A stretch of 64,000 nucleotides of DNA from Dipteris shenzhenensis (lineage: Eukaryota): the NCBI GenBank assembly GCA_047967505.1, contig CM106538.1; one strand, written 5' to 3'. How positions within the stretch are numbered: the first letter of the stretch is position 1; every line of letters begins with the position of its first letter. Under the pieces are notes generated by a model. It made no database searches, was not told where the DNA came from, and worked only from the letters and a program-made list of their open reading frames with translations. Both the position numbers and the translations under genes were made by a program. Shown piece after piece: positions 39,241 to 53,400 of the stretch.

Positions 39241-41460
39241 TTTAAGTTCATGTTGGCACAGAGTCAACAGCTTTCTTGCAGGATCTTTTGCTGTTATTCA
39301 ACTGTGGAAGTTCAACTTTTGGGAGCTCGACTGCCATTAGGGCATGCAGAATGGCTAAGTCATTATCAAAGATTTGACCTTCAATTTCAGCATTTGCAGC
39401 CTCTATTTCAAGGTCCCAAGGAAAATCTGAGTCATCATTGGTATGGGTACCTTCTTCAGGTTCATTATCCCACTTGAGGTCAGCCCTAAAGAATGGCATC
39501 TCTAGATCGATTGGTTCTTCATGTTAGAGTGGATAAAGCAGCTAAGCATCGATTTGTGAGAAGATGGGGTCTAATGAATGGCAGTTGTCAATGGTTGCCA
39601 ATATTTGTATCCAGTTATTGACATTACTTTGTGAGTCACCCGCTATGGCATGCTATTGCAGGGGAGCTGATTTGCTTGAGATTGTCGTGGAAGATGTGTC
39701 ATCCAATGCTCTAGGCACAATTGGTTTAATAGCTCATGTCCCCACATTCACCCTGATTGTAGTGTCTCGATTCTAGATTGTCAGTCTATTAGTTCCCTAG
39801 TCATGGAGGACTAATGCTTCTTGTAACCAAGGACGTCCTAGTAAGATTTGATAGGATTTCTTGGGGAGATCCAAGATTGTGAATTGAAGGGAAAAGCAGA
39901 CTCCTGCAATCTTTGTGGACATGCCATTCACTATCCCCAAGGGTTTAGCCCGTGAATCATCGGTAAGGTGTATGTTCAAATTAGCCTTTTGCATTGGTGG
40001 GAGACCCCATTCTTCATAGAGCTCCTTGGATAGGACATTTACACCTGCTCCACCATCCACTATGGCTTGGACTTCATTATATGCCTTGTGGATCAAAGGC
40101 ACAGTAATGTTGCATATGTCATCTCTCCCACCCATCCGCATAGGGATATCTTCAATGTCATTCATAGGTGGGGGGGGATTTGCGAGTTCAATCCATCCTT
40201 TGAAACTCTCCCAAAGATTGGGACAATTCCGTAAGAGGATTCCTATGGGAATTGACACAGGGCAACTCAGGATGCTAGAGAGTGCGGCTCCTTCAAGTTG
40301 ACATGGCGGTACATTCTATTCTAGAGTCTGTTGTTGGAACAAAGGCTCGAGTACAGTATCAATACTTTGTGGGGCCAAGTCATGGATTGGGTCTTGAGCT
40401 TGTTTCTCAGCCTCAAATTGAGCTTGTTCATTTTGGACCAATTGTTGAAGTACTTAAAAACGAGCCTTCTCCACCTCTACATTTGGATATGGAGCTTCTA
40501 TTATTTGAGGCTCGAGAGTTGATGTGGATGAGCTCGGCTACTCATTGCTTGGCAGAGGTGGAGGCACTTGTGCTTCCTTTTTCATAAGTCGCTTTGGGTG
40601 GATTGGAATGTTAGGGTCCTTGGTGGCCTCTTTTTGTTGGCGTGTAATTACATTGACAGGTTGTGACTTTACACTTGCCAGACCCAGACTTTAATGGTCC
40701 ACCCCAATGATGCTGATGGGGACATCAGGCTTAACCTCTGTTTGTTCTGGGATCTTATTTTTCGTGGGACCAATCCATGCACGCATGTCCTATGCCACAA
40801 TCTCTGCAAGTAGCTGGGCTACCACGATGAGGGCACTTTGTGATCCGGTGATTTTCTCCACAACCGTAACACTTGATTGGTGCTCAAAATGTGTTGGGTC
40901 GTACTTGATTTCCATAAACTGGTATTAGACCCTCTGCACCTTCTACATAGTACACTGGGTACTCTGCTTCATACTCAAATGGCGAGTCTACTTCCTCAGC
41001 TTGTAATTGATGTATTGGAACTACCTCACGAGCTAGATTTGGTGCTCTTGGGTATGGTCGTGGATTTGGATTCCTAAGTAGTTGTGGGACTTGTGTCCGA
41101 ATGGGTATAGGATTTAGCCTTGGAGCTGGGGGCGCTTGTTGAGTTTGAGGCAGGTTGTTGCACATGTTAAAGATGCAACTGTTTTCATCATGGCCACCGA
41201 CGACGTAGATATGGCACCACAACCTTGGTGGTGGATTTGCTTGTATAGTGATCCTAGCTCTAAGGACCGGGCACTCATTTGCTGTATGATTTGCCATGCA
41301 ATGTGGACACCAGACATTTTCTCACCGTGGATATGTTGAGTTGGCGGCTGAGACAAGTGAAGTTTTTGATCCATGGCTTGCATCATATCTTCTTTCAACT
41401 TCATGGTCATGGCCTCTAGGAGATCTTCATTGGATGTTTCGGCAGTGTCCTTTGATTTAC
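39241..41460 (-). mobile_element. Ty3/gypsy fragment B: gag C-terminus with zinc knuckles and aspartic protease
   Basis: WCPHCMANHTANEC and WCHIYVVGGHDENSC knuckles; protease AIVDGGAGVNVL...ILLGRPWL (39797..40258). Confidence 0.88.
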
Positions 41461-41700
41461 CCATCAAGGGTGGCTATTCGGCACGCCCCTTGGGGGGTGA
41501 TCTCAACTATGCAGTAGGGACCCATACCTCAATACTTAAGCTTACATTTGGTGTTGCGGACACTGTACAGGAGTGCCAAGTCTCCTTCTTCCAGCTCCTA
41601 ATTCTTGAGGTTGTGGTCAAACCATTTTTTATGTCGGGCCTTTTCTACTCGGAGAGCATAGGCTACTCGCAACCTTGTCTCCTCTAGCTTTTTGAGCCTT

Positions 41701-43900
41701 TCAATTAGCACATTTTTTGTGAGTCTTTCCCTTACGGCTTGCCACCTTGTAGGAGGTCATGTAGGCCCATAATGCTGCTATGAGCTTATGTGCCCAGTCG
41801 GTACAACTGGCTTCTACCGTACATGTGATAATCTTACAAGTTTTGTTGGAGCTTTCGGCCAAGCCATTTGCTTTGGGGTAATATGGTGTTGACTTCCTAT
41901 GAATTTTCATAAACTCGCTTGTCAGGATTGCTATGGTTTCATTGAGGAAGTGGGTTCCTTGGTCGTTGACTAACTCCAACGAGCATCCAAACCGCGTGAT
42001 GACTTGTTCATATAAGAACTTGGCGGTGGATCTTGCATCAGCCTTTACCATCGCCCTTCCTTCTACCCACTTAGTGAAGTAGTTGGTGGCTAGGATGACA
42101 TATCGAGCAGTCCCCTTACCAGCTAGGCTTATGGGACCAATGAAATTGATGCCCCACTTCTCGAAGGGTTGGTCAGCTAGGATCCCGATCAAGGGCATCA
42201 TGTCTGCCCTGTGTGGGATTTGGATGCGCTGGCAGGGGTCACATCGTTTGATGAATTCGACCACATCTCCAAAGAGAGTTGGCCACCAGAGACTAGCTTG
42301 CAGCACTTTACATGCTGTAACCTCAGTGGCAAAATGGCCTCCTGCGATTCCTGAGTGGGCTTCTTCAAGCACCTCGATGTATTCATGTTCACATACGTAC
42401 CTTCGCAGTATGCCATCCTTACCCATGCAGTAGAGTTGGCCTGCTATCAGCTGATATGGCATTGTGTCCTTAATGAGTTTACGGGCTCTATCCTTCTTAA
42501 GGTCTTGGCTTAGGGGTAGTCTGTTGGCCAAGTAGTTATCGATTTCGGTGGCCCATTGTGGAATGATGTGAAGGAAAAAGAGGGAAGCGTCGGGGAGATC
42601 ATCTTCTACTCTTGTTGGAGCTTCACTGTTAGGGATCCTCGATAGATGGTCGGCTAGAACGTGGGTTTTTTCGTTGCACATCACAACTGTAAAGTCGAAT
42701 TCTAGCAGGATTAGCATCCACCTAGTGATGCATCTCATCATGCATGGTTTGTTGACCAAGTACAGCAGTGTTTGATGGTCCAAAAAGAAGACAAACTTGC
42801 TAGCTAACAAGTAGTCCCTGAATTTCTTGACCGCATAGACCATGGCGAGACCCTCTTTCTCAGTGGTGGTGTAGTTAACTTTGGCCTCATTTAGTTGACG
42901 ACTTGCAAAGTATACCGGGTAATCCAAATTATGCTCCTCGAGCTGAGCTAACACACATCCAATGGCAAAGTTAGAGGCATCAATGTGGATGTGGAATATT
43001 TTATTTCAATTAGGAGACCTCAATAGTGGGGTGGTGGCTAGAGCTAGCTTGAGGGTTTCAAAGGATATTTGGCATTCTTTGGTCCACTCAAAGGATACTA
43101 GCAATTTGTGTAACGGGTGGGCTATGTTGGCATAGAACAAAATAAATCTCCGGTAATAGCCCGTATGGCCAGTAAATCATTGGACTCCATTAGCATTGGT
43201 GGGGGGTGGTAACTCCAAAATGAGTTTGATTTTATTGTGGTCCATAGAGATTCCATTCCGTGACACTATGTGCCCCAGGATGACACCATGTTTGACCCAA
43301 AACTAGCACTTAAGGGGGTTGAAAGATATGCAGTATAAGCATCACTTCTCGAGGATGAGCCTGAGATACCTTAGGTGGTCATCCCATTTCGAGTTCACGT
43401 AGATATCGTCCAAGAAGACTTCCACAAAGTCCCTCATGTATTCTTTAAATACCATGATCATCATATGTTGGAAAGTCACTGGGGCATTGGTTAAACCAAA
43501 TATCATAACCTTGGTTGCATATACTCCCCATTTGGTTGTGAAGGTGGTCTTATGTTGATCTTGGGGGGTGATTGAGACTTCGTTGTAACCCAAAAATCCA
43601 TCTAGGAAGCTATACGCTTCCTTTCCGACTACCCTTTCTAGAACATGTTCCATGAATGGCAGGGGGTAGTGGTCACGTCTTGTGGTCGCATCAACCTTGT
43701 TCAAATCCATGCATACTATGATTTTTCCATTCTTCTTTAGGGACTATCACAATCGGTGATACCTAGTCTGTATGCTCAATCTCGTAGATGAATCCTGCAT
43801 CTATGAGTTTCTGGATTTCTTCCCTCACTATGAGTGCATATTTAGGATTCATAGGATAGGGGTGTTGCCATACTGGTCGACCATCATCCATCATGGGGAT
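41701..43900 (-). pseudogene. RT-RNase H-integrase of gypsy element A
   Basis: RDHYPLPF..FLDGFLGY..FGLTNAP..VFLDD; YFASRQL..YTTTEKEGL; EAHSG..GHF..CDPCQ..WGINFIGP..DQGTHF..TPYYPKANG. Confidence 0.95.
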
Positions 43901-46900
43901 TGTATGCTACACTACTACAGCTAGTACTTCTTTCATGTCCATGTACTTCTAGGCCATGCAATCCTTAAATTCCCGTAGGAGAGCTATTAAGGCATTCTCC
44001 TCACTGGGAGTGAGGTCATTGAGACGACAAATACAAGTTGTGGGTCTTGGCCTATTTACTTCCTTGACCGGGGCCAGTCCATCATATCCTTGAGAACAAT
44101 TGTCCTCTCGGGTTCTTTTGGCCTATTGGTATTTGATCTTGTGATCCTGAATAGTATAGGCCTTGTAGTGGGCTGGCACCTGCCACAGGGCTTCTTTATC
44201 CTCAATCTCCTTCTCCTTATCTGCCGAGGTAGTGACTTTTTGGCCTTTGCCTTGCCTTTGAATGCAAGGGATTTGGGACCTAAAGGGGGCTCTTCCCTTG
44301 TACTTATAGAGCTGGCGGTGGTTATCTTACTCACCCTGTTTCCCCAATTAGAGGAGAACTTATGGTGGGAGGTCATGGCGCCTATGTAGGTCAGCCAGTG
44401 AACATCTGATTTTACCCTTATTGTTCCCTTGCTTATCTCTCGTGGTTTGAGCATATTGAACATCCTTAGGGGAACCACCGGGGTCAGACCCTCGAGAGCT
44501 CTAGGGTGATGACCCTACTCTTTCTAGGACATCTATGTTGGCTAAGATGTGCATCCAGATCTGCAAGAATTTTGGATCGGGGAGGGGTGCATACCAGAAG
44601 TCGTCAGACTCCTTCTCATCCTCTCCCTTGTCACAAGGTTGGAATAGCTTCACAGAGGTGGTTTGGGTGGTGGTGTTGGACTCCATAGCAAAGAGGCGTC
44701 CTGACAATGGGTGGGCCTTGTAGGAATGCAGGTCCACTCTCATGGTTTGCTCCTCGTGCCGTAAGTAGATATTATCATTACGCTAGTCATGCACGAGTCC
44801 GGACATTCATAAGAAGGGTCTGCCTAGGATAGCTTCATATTTGGGCTGTCATGTGAAGTCCATGACCATGAACCTGACAGGGTACGTGAATCCAAACACC
44901 TTAATGTTGATTCCAGTCAATACTCCCAGAGGTTTAGCGGTTCCTCCATCGGCTAGCTTTACTACCAAACAAATGGGTCTGCTCGAGTGTAGGTTTTCCC
45001 CACTTTTCCCCGCATTCCTTGGTGCAGACACTCACTCCTGCTCCCCCATCTAGGATGGCTTCTACCTCTTCTGATTCTAGTAGACTATGGGGATTGAGGT
45101 GTTTGTGTCATCACCCTTGAAATACTGGCCTAGCTTGTTGATGGGAATCTTGGGTAGGTTTGGCCCCTTATCTAGCATTGATTGGTTGGGCTTAGGGCTA
45201 GTAAGGGCTAGAGGTAGGAATGGCCTGTTCATCCAATTGGACAAATCATGCCATAGGATGGGATTTCCTCTTAGCAAAGACGCTATCAGCATTTTCGCTT
45301 TTGTAGATAGGAAGGCAACCAATCCGGCACTATGGCAGGGTTCCAGTGAAGCTTCTTCCTCCATGGACAACATGTCATCGAAGCCGTACAGGTCTCCTTC
45401 GTCTTGGAGGTTCTACAACATTGGGTCCTCTTGGAACGTCTTCTGCATTAGATCCGGAGCTTCCGACTGCTCCAAGTTGAGGTGTTCTTCTTCCTCCACT
45501 CTTTTTGGGACCTTGAGAGATTTTGCTCCTCGATGCCCCATCAGGTGGGCTAGATGGATAGTATCTGATCCCCTACTGGCCTTTAGTCGATGCTTGAACT
45601 TATCCTGGCACTCATGCACCAAGTCCCTTTACATATTGCTTTTCTAAGACCGGGTCAGGGTAGGTCTCTTTATAGGTGGGAGCCGGTGCCAAGCCCTGAG
45701 CCTGCACTGGTGTGTTTACTTTTGGAATAGGGGGTACCTCAAGGTCACCCTGGATGGAAGACTATTCGAAAGAAGAGGTGGCAAGGGTAGCTATCTCCTG
45801 ATCATAACCATCCTGAATGAACACCTAATCGGAACCGTCACCTACTCGAATGGCTTTCTTGGAATGAGTTAGAGGCTGTGGAGGAATCTCGGGACCGCCG
45901 GGCAGCGGGGAAATCTTACCCTTCTTGGTGAGCTTCTTCATGGCCTTGCCTAGTGCCTTAGCGTGCATCCTTGTAATTACTTGTAATGGCACTGTGGCCA
46001 CATGGCCTTGTTCGATGCTAAGCAGATTGAGGTTGGTGCTCTTTGGCAGGGTGAGTAGTGTGGTTGGTCTCCTCATGGGACAATCTTGGAATAGATGCTC
46101 CGTGCCACATCTGGCACACAAGGGGGCAGGGTTGGTTGCAGTTGAGGCGGTGGGTGTACAATCCTTGTATAAAAAGTCCTTCAAGTGTGGGCCCTGGCAT
46201 TTGAAATAGGACACCAGCAGGTTCGAAGTGCCTCGATAGGGGCATTCATTTGCTCTATGGGGACCTTGGCAGGTATAACATTGGAGTGGGGGCCTCCGAG
46301 CAATTGAGTTCAGATATCTCGCCCTTGTGTTTACGGGGGCAGTCTAGAATATGGCAACTGGTTGATCCTCTAGCGAGAGGTAGTGAGCTAAGGCTCCACT
46401 TCCCTCCTCGCCGTAAGGGTAATAATCATGAGGTCCATGATCAGGGTTTGTTTCCTCCCAGTCGTTGGGCAAATCTTCAACCAACACTTGATTGATTGGG
46501 GTGATGCGAGGTAGCAGGGGTTGCGGGCCTAGTATGGGTGGAGGCAACGGAGTTGGCTAAGCACGGTACTGGTTAGAGCTAGCTATAGCGCCACCTTCCA
46601 GGAGTTGGGGGTTCGGTGGGGCTGTTAGGGCCAATAGGGGTTGCATTTGATACATGGGTGGGGGAAGGGACCTCGAAAAGCATCATTGGGAGGTATCATG
46701 ATTTCCTCACCTATGGCAGTGTACACAATAGAGTGTTGGCCTTTCCCTTAGGCACGAGCACTCATTGGAAGGGTGGTTGCCATTGCATACCCCACACCAG
46801 ACATTGTCTTGTCATGGAAACAAGTGGGGGTTGCTCGGCACTTCTTTGGAGGTTCCTACTCTCCATTGTTGATCTAGCTACTCCAACAAATTGGAGGCTA

Positions 46901-49097
46901 GCTCACTCACATCCAAGCTTTCAGGCTCATTAGCCTCCTTCTTACTTGACTCTACACTCGAGGACCTAACTGATGGGGCTACTTCAGAGGTGGCTGAGGC
47001 CTTATTCGAATCCACTTTGTCCATCATATTGTCACATATATGGATGGCCACTTTGTTGCATCGATAAAAGGAGGTGGGGTTCATCACCATGAGCTGGTCA
47101 TGCAACTTTGGGTTTGCTAACCCGATAAGGAAGCGTGGCAACAGTCGTTCGTCGCTCATTCTCTCATAGGGTTCATAGTGGGCATTGAGGTGCTTAATCC
47201 TCACAATGTAATCCCTAAGGGATTCTTTGTCGTTTTGTTTCACCCCATACAGTTGGTTGATCGGGCTCCATTTATGACCGCTAGGAGCAAATCCCACAAT
47301 AAAAGCATTTCTCAACTTCTCCCAATTGATCTTTTCCTCTGGGGTGAGAGCTCTATACCATTGACCTACCTTGCCATCCAGGCTAAGGCCGAATGCATTG
47401 GCCATTTCAAGGTCGCCTGGTGCACCAAAGGCTTCACAAATCCGCTCGAACCTTTCCACGTGAGAGACCGGGTCTCCTTCTCTGAGGAACTTGGTCATCA
47501 TCTTGGAAATGGCTATGGGACGGATCCTCGAGGGATTTGCCAACCCTGTAGGGAACACTAGGGTGGGTGGCAGTGGTGTTGCCCCCCTTCCTAGGCATTC
47601 ACCAAAATATGCATAGCCTCATCAGTCAACACCGTTTGAGCAGCTAGCTAAGGTGGTGTTGCTGTGGGCTTGATGGGTCACAGGGATGGCCTTAGGCCTT
47701 GCCCAGGTGGTGGTGTCCATGTAGTTGCTAGTGTCGACATCGGGACAGAAGTACCCATGCCTGCATTCATTGGCGCCACCAGTATAGACGGGAAGGAACG
47801 GACTCCTGGAGGTGGGGGGTCCTTGGGCATGGTAGCATTGGTCCCATGCTGCGGGCGGTAGGGTGGAAACTGCAGTGCCCCAAAGTTGATGAAGGTTGGT
47901 GGGGCCGGGGTGGTAAGAGGGTCGTAAGGTGTTCCACCTTGGAAGTTCCTAGCATCCCCTCGACTTGGGTCTTGTCTATAGAGATCCCTCATCCATGGAT
48001 ATTCATCACCGATGTTCTCCCACTGGGGGGTCTGGTGTAAGAGGAGGAACCGTTTCTGTCCAGGTTTGTGGCTTGAGAATTGCATGTTGTTGGCCTTCCC
48101 TTCCTGCGAACATGTCGGCAAAGGGGTTGTCCATGTCTGCCGACTCTGTTCTTCCCAAGTGGCCGAACATATTAGAGAATGCACCTCTAAGCCTGGATGC
48201 AATCAAAGGTGCAGAAGAGTTGGGAGAGTCTACACGTGAAGGGGGCTTCTGATGCCCTTGGACCCATGGGGTCTTGCATCACTCCTTTAAGACTCTCTGT
48301 GTCGTCTGAACTAGATTGAGTTTCTGGACGGGGTCCTACAAACAAGTGGAGGCTAGGAATTGAGATGTCGGACCCCAAACTAGGACAGAGGGTCCAATGC
48401 CAAAGGAAAGCGCTTCGAGTGCAATGTAGTAATGTGATGATGGGGGAAAACGATTACGACTACGATCGAAGGGGTGGTCTCACCGCGCTGACGATGGGAT
48501 AGTAAAATAGCAACGGTTGGTGAGGAACCACTACAGCACCGGTCAACGACCTGTCAGATCAATGCGAAAGTAACTTTGACAAGCGTTAACTCTGGGCGGC
48601 GAGGTGAACCGTGGTCAAGGGTTCGATTGGCGGGGCAGTGTTATAGCACCGGGTCAACGATGTTTGATCGGTGAGATCCGACTAACGCATCGATTGGCGA
48701 GGAATCTGGTCGGTGTGATATGCTACAGTGCCGACTTGGGAGGATAGTCAGACACAGTCGCACTGACTGAGATTAGTTGATTTCTAAGGATTTTGCAGTT
48801 TTTGTTCATGATTTTTTGTGATGGGGGGGCTACTACCTAATCTACCTACTCGATGAAAAAAAAACACTTTTTGGAAGTCAAAATGCAAAAACTCAGAAAA
48901 GGAAAGTTCTAGAACATGAAACTACTTCAAAACTTGACAAAAATCCTTAGTTTTGTTGTTTTTTTAGGTGATTAGACTATGCACACACCTTAGCAATCAA
49001 GCCTACTACGTTCCTATCAACTTGAAATACCAAAAAGCAACCAAAACAAGCTTCCCAAGCTCAAAAATGGCATTCCTACATGAAAAAATAGATTTCT

Positions 49098-49178
<81 letters not shown>

Positions 49179-49274
49179 ACAACTCCACTAACAAGCTCCA
49201 AGTGAAGCTTGAAAACTTGTGCAATGGGAATACAACGAAGGGAGACAAGTGCAAATGCAAAAGCATACCTTTTC

Positions 49275-49292
49275 TCCCTGACAGCGGCACCA
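49275..49292 (-). promoter_or_regulatory. Primer-binding site, tRNA-Asp-like
   Basis: Minus strand TGGTGCCGCTGTCAGGGA, 4 nt after the LTR CA; close to the Athila-type TGGCGCCGTTGCCGGGGA. Confidence 0.75.
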
Positions 49293-49296
49293 AAAA

Positions 49297-50458
49297 TGTA
49301 GTGGGTCTCAGTGGTGACTCACTTGTCATGGGGTAGTTGAAGATATGCCGACGGAGCTTCCACTCTCGACTACTCCTTGTGGGAGCAATGCATAGCACGA
49401 GCTATCCGCAAGTGTCACTCAAGCGGCCTCTGGATTATTGTAATGTGGTTTCATGCGAGAAAGAGGGAAGGGGAAGAGGGGAGGGGAGAGGAAGAGGGGG
49501 GAGAAGGAAGGAGGAGGGAGGGAAGAAGGAAAAGGGAGTGAAGGGGTATGGAGTGACAACCACAAAGGCACTACAATGGACACAAGAGAAAACCCAAAAC
49601 ACTCACTTGGAAGAGAAGAGGGAGCTTGTATTCAAACTTGTGCAAACAAAGACCAACGTCAAACTTTTAGCCTTTTATAGTCACCTTTTGAAGGGAGGGC
49701 CAACCCTTTTCCTTTTTAGCACTCTCCCTCAGTTTACAACCATGGGCTCTTGGGCTCGTAGGGCACCAAGGCATATTGCTCTTCTTACTGACTCTCCCTA
49801 CTAGTGGAAATAGCGCTTGTGTTAACCATATTAAAGCACTTGGGACAAACCTAGTATTAGGAGGTGGTCCTAGTTCCCAAATAGCGCTTGTGTTAGCCTC
49901 GTCACTTCTAGGCTCGGGTGATTTGGGGCTCAAACTCCCTGAGTGCCCTCACACCTTCACCTGTTTGGTGTCATGCATGATGCATGAGACTGAAACCTGG
50001 AGTGGCGAGACACATCTTCGTCGGGACTCTCAATGGTAACCCTGCACCAAGATGATATTTGGGGAACAAACTCCCTGAGTTTGACCTGTACTCCTTTCAT
50101 GGCTATTTTCGTTGGTGTCACTATTTCTTGTGGATGTGGAGCTAAAAAGTGCAAGGCTGCACTCTTCGTGGCTCAGAAGTGTGCATCTCCTTGTTCCAAC
50201 ACCTCCTTGTGTGGGGGCAGCTGGAACGTACAACCTGTGCATGTTGCCTGGAATCTTTGGACTTTTAGGTGGGCTTAGGGTATTTGGGGATCAAACTCCC
50301 TAAGTTTGAGCTATACTCCTTCTGTGTGCACATTGCTTGTAATCATTGACCTTGGTGTATTTGGGTATCAAACTCCCTTGAGCTTGTCCTGTTGGGCTTG
50401 GTCACCTTTACTCATTGATTACCCTGCATTTGGCTGTTGTACTCTGTGGATGTTAACA
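49297..50458 (-). repeat. 5' LTR of gypsy element A
   Basis: Ends ..ACTACA next to the PBS; putative start TGTTAACA at 50458; repeated caaactccct motif inside. Far boundary unconfirmed. Confidence 0.55.
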
Positions 50459-53400
50459 ATGTTGGGTGGTACAAATTGAGGTAGGGGAAGAGGACCTTAT
50501 GGGGATAGAGGTGTTGGAGTTCCACAAAATTACAATGGGCAGCCACCATGTCAAGGAGGAAGAGGTTGAGGTATGTATGCTATGAATGTGCAGAGTTTTA
50601 ATTTTGGTGAGTGGAGCCACTACAACACCTATTCTGACAAGCCTCCTTGTATGGGAGGTGACATGTTTCCTCCACCACAACACTTGAACAATAGGGCTAA
50701 TGATTTTGGGGTGGAGATTCAAGATTCTTCTCAACCCTAGTCCTACTAGTATTGGTGGTGTACCTCTAAATGCGAATGATAAAGGAATGGAAGCAATGGA
50801 GAAACACGCCCTAGTTTGTAGAAATGGAAGCAGATGAAAACCAAGCCTCCAGAGCAAGCAAAGAAAAAGGTGAGAAGGCCTAGAAGGTGGTACAAAGTGA
50901 TAGTTTTACTTTGGGTGAAGAGCAGGAAGAATATAGCTTGGTGAAGGATTTGGCTCACTTAAAAGTAGATATTATTGTTGGCCAGCTGATGGGTATGTGT
51001 CCAAAGTTGAAGAGGGAATGGAAACAAGCAGTCAATCCGAGTACGAAAGTTGCTTCAGAGCCATCTAGGGGAGTCATGTCCATTGAAGTGTTTCCTGACA
51101 TATACCCAACAATTGAGGCTTGGCACCTTTAGGAGAAGCATATATAGATGATGGTACACAAATTTAAGTGATCACACAGTCATGTGTGGAGAAGCTAGGA
51201 TTAAATATATCAGCTCAGTCTGAGTACAAAATCAGATTGGCCAATCATGCTAAAGTTAAATGTTTGGGTTTTATAATGAAGTTTTCAAATATATATGTGC
51301 ATTGCAAAGTCAATTGTCATGTTATGCTAGTAGGTCTCTAACCTTCTCATCACGTTGTATGAGGAAATAAGGAGATTTTCAAGGGAACCTTTTAGGATAG
51401 AGTTGAAGGAAGGGGCAAGGCCAGTGTTTCAAAAGTTGAGAAGGCTGGGATCCGAAGAAGAGCAAGTGCTCAAGGCAAAGGTTGAGAAGCTTTTGAAGGC
51501 AAGTTTATTTATCAAGTAGAGAATATTGATTGGGGAAATCCGGTGGTAATAAGGCTAAAGAAGGATGGTAGATGGCAGGTATGTGTGACTCACTATAAGC
51601 CATTAAATGCATCAACTAAGAGAAATCACTATCCATTACCTTTTCTTGATGAAATCTTGGTTAAAGTTGCAGGCCATGAACTGTACAACATAGGTGATGG
51701 ATATTCATGATATTTCCAGATAGCTATCGCACCAGAAGATCAAGAGAAGACAACATTTATTACACTTTGGGGCTGTTTTTGTTTTAGAGTCATGCCATTT
51801 GGTGTGACAAATGGTCCATCCGTTTACCACAACAATGTTTCGATGAGGTACGTGCTCCTTTTCTTGATTAGTTTGTTAAGAATTTTTTGGAGGATATTTG
51901 TGCTTTCAAAAAAGGAAGGAGCATTATGGAAAGCTAGAGTAGGTATTCAAAAGCTGGACTTGAGGGTAGTAAAAGCGTTGATTTTACTACCCTCTCCTAC
52001 TTTCACTAAGCTCCATACATTCATTCAAAAGGTGAAATATATGTCTAGGTTTATGCCTTTATTGTCACAGTTGCTTTATCCACCTTCAGTAGGCATTCAA
52101 GAAGGACCCTCATCAGTGGGATGAAGAGTGTGAGGAGGTGTTTGGCAAAGTCAAAGAGATACTTGGAGAGATTTCAAGTCTGAAAGCTCTTGCATTTCAC
52201 AAAACATTCTCTTCCATGGGGCCAGATGCATATAGGGGAAATTCTCTTGCAACAACGAATACTACGCCAGTAGAGTAAAGACTCACGCATAAAGGAAGTA
52301 CACAGAGGCAGAGCTTGTGCTATCAAGTTTGGTTTATTCGTGCAGGAGATTTAGAGCTTATTTGTTGCCCAAACTATTTGTTGTGTTGACTAGCTATATT
52401 CTTACCCCTGTTGCTCAACATTAGTAATCTTTCCAAAAGCATGATAAATTGGATAATTGAGTTGCTGGAATTTGACTTCACATTCTTGATTGAGGAGTCC
52501 ACTTGAGCTTCCTTGGCTAATCTTCTCACATATAAGGAAGGCCCAATCGTGGTGAAGGAGGTGGTGGAAGCAAGGAGGTAACCCAACTTGCAAATGCTGA
52601 TGTTCTTTGGTTTGATGGTTCTTTCGAGAGGAGTCTCAACTAAGTCACTGAAGGGATGATAGTCTATGCTCTTTGTGGGGAGGAGATGCACAGGAAGGGA
52701 TTTCCACTCGATGCCAAAAATAACAATGAAGCAGAATATTCAGCTTTGGGTCAAAGTCTCAAGGTATGCCTCAAACTTGAAATTTGAAGGCTTATCCTTA
52801 AAGGGGATGCTTTGTCGGATATAGGGAGTATGGCAAACAAAGCATGTACATCTCAAAGATTAGATTCGAGAGGTAAAGAGGCTATTAGGATGCTTTGAAG
52901 CTTGGAGCATTCAACATGTGGACATAAAACAGAACCATAATGCACATGAAGTAGCTCAACAACCCATTGTGGGGATGGTATTTGCAGCCAAAGTGGATGA
53001 AACCGTTATATTATGGGAGGGAGTATCTCACCGAGAAGGAAACATTCCTAATGAGACAGGAAGAGTACCTTTAGGTATGACAAAACAAGGTAAGTATCAA
53101 TTTTTAAAGAAAAGTATAATTTTTTGCATTATTGGTGATGCTCTTTTTTTTGTATTGAGAAGGGTGCCTTGGAAAGAGGAGATTATCATATATTGGAAAC
53201 CAATCATGAGGGTGTATGTGGAGGACATTTTGCCTCTAAAATCATATTGCTAAAAATATTGTTGGAGGGTTATGTGTTGCCTTCTATTCAAAAGGATCCT
53301 GTTTCCAATGTCAATAAATGAAAAAAAAGATGTTTGAACCAAGGAACATCATGCTTGCTTATAACCTTTTTGAAAGGTGGGAGATAAATGCCATTACACC

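Larger units (their letters stand above)
41460..50458 (-). mobile_element. Ty3/gypsy element A (non-chromovirus, Athila/Phygy/Selgy-like): 5' LTR, PBS, gag, PR, RT, RH, INT; 3' end lost
   Basis: Gag 46878..47558; PR AILDGGAGVSV ~45030-45060; RT FLDD (43342..43710); RH DASNFAIG; INT HHCC and core (41701..42954); GPY tail to ~41460. Confidence 0.93.
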
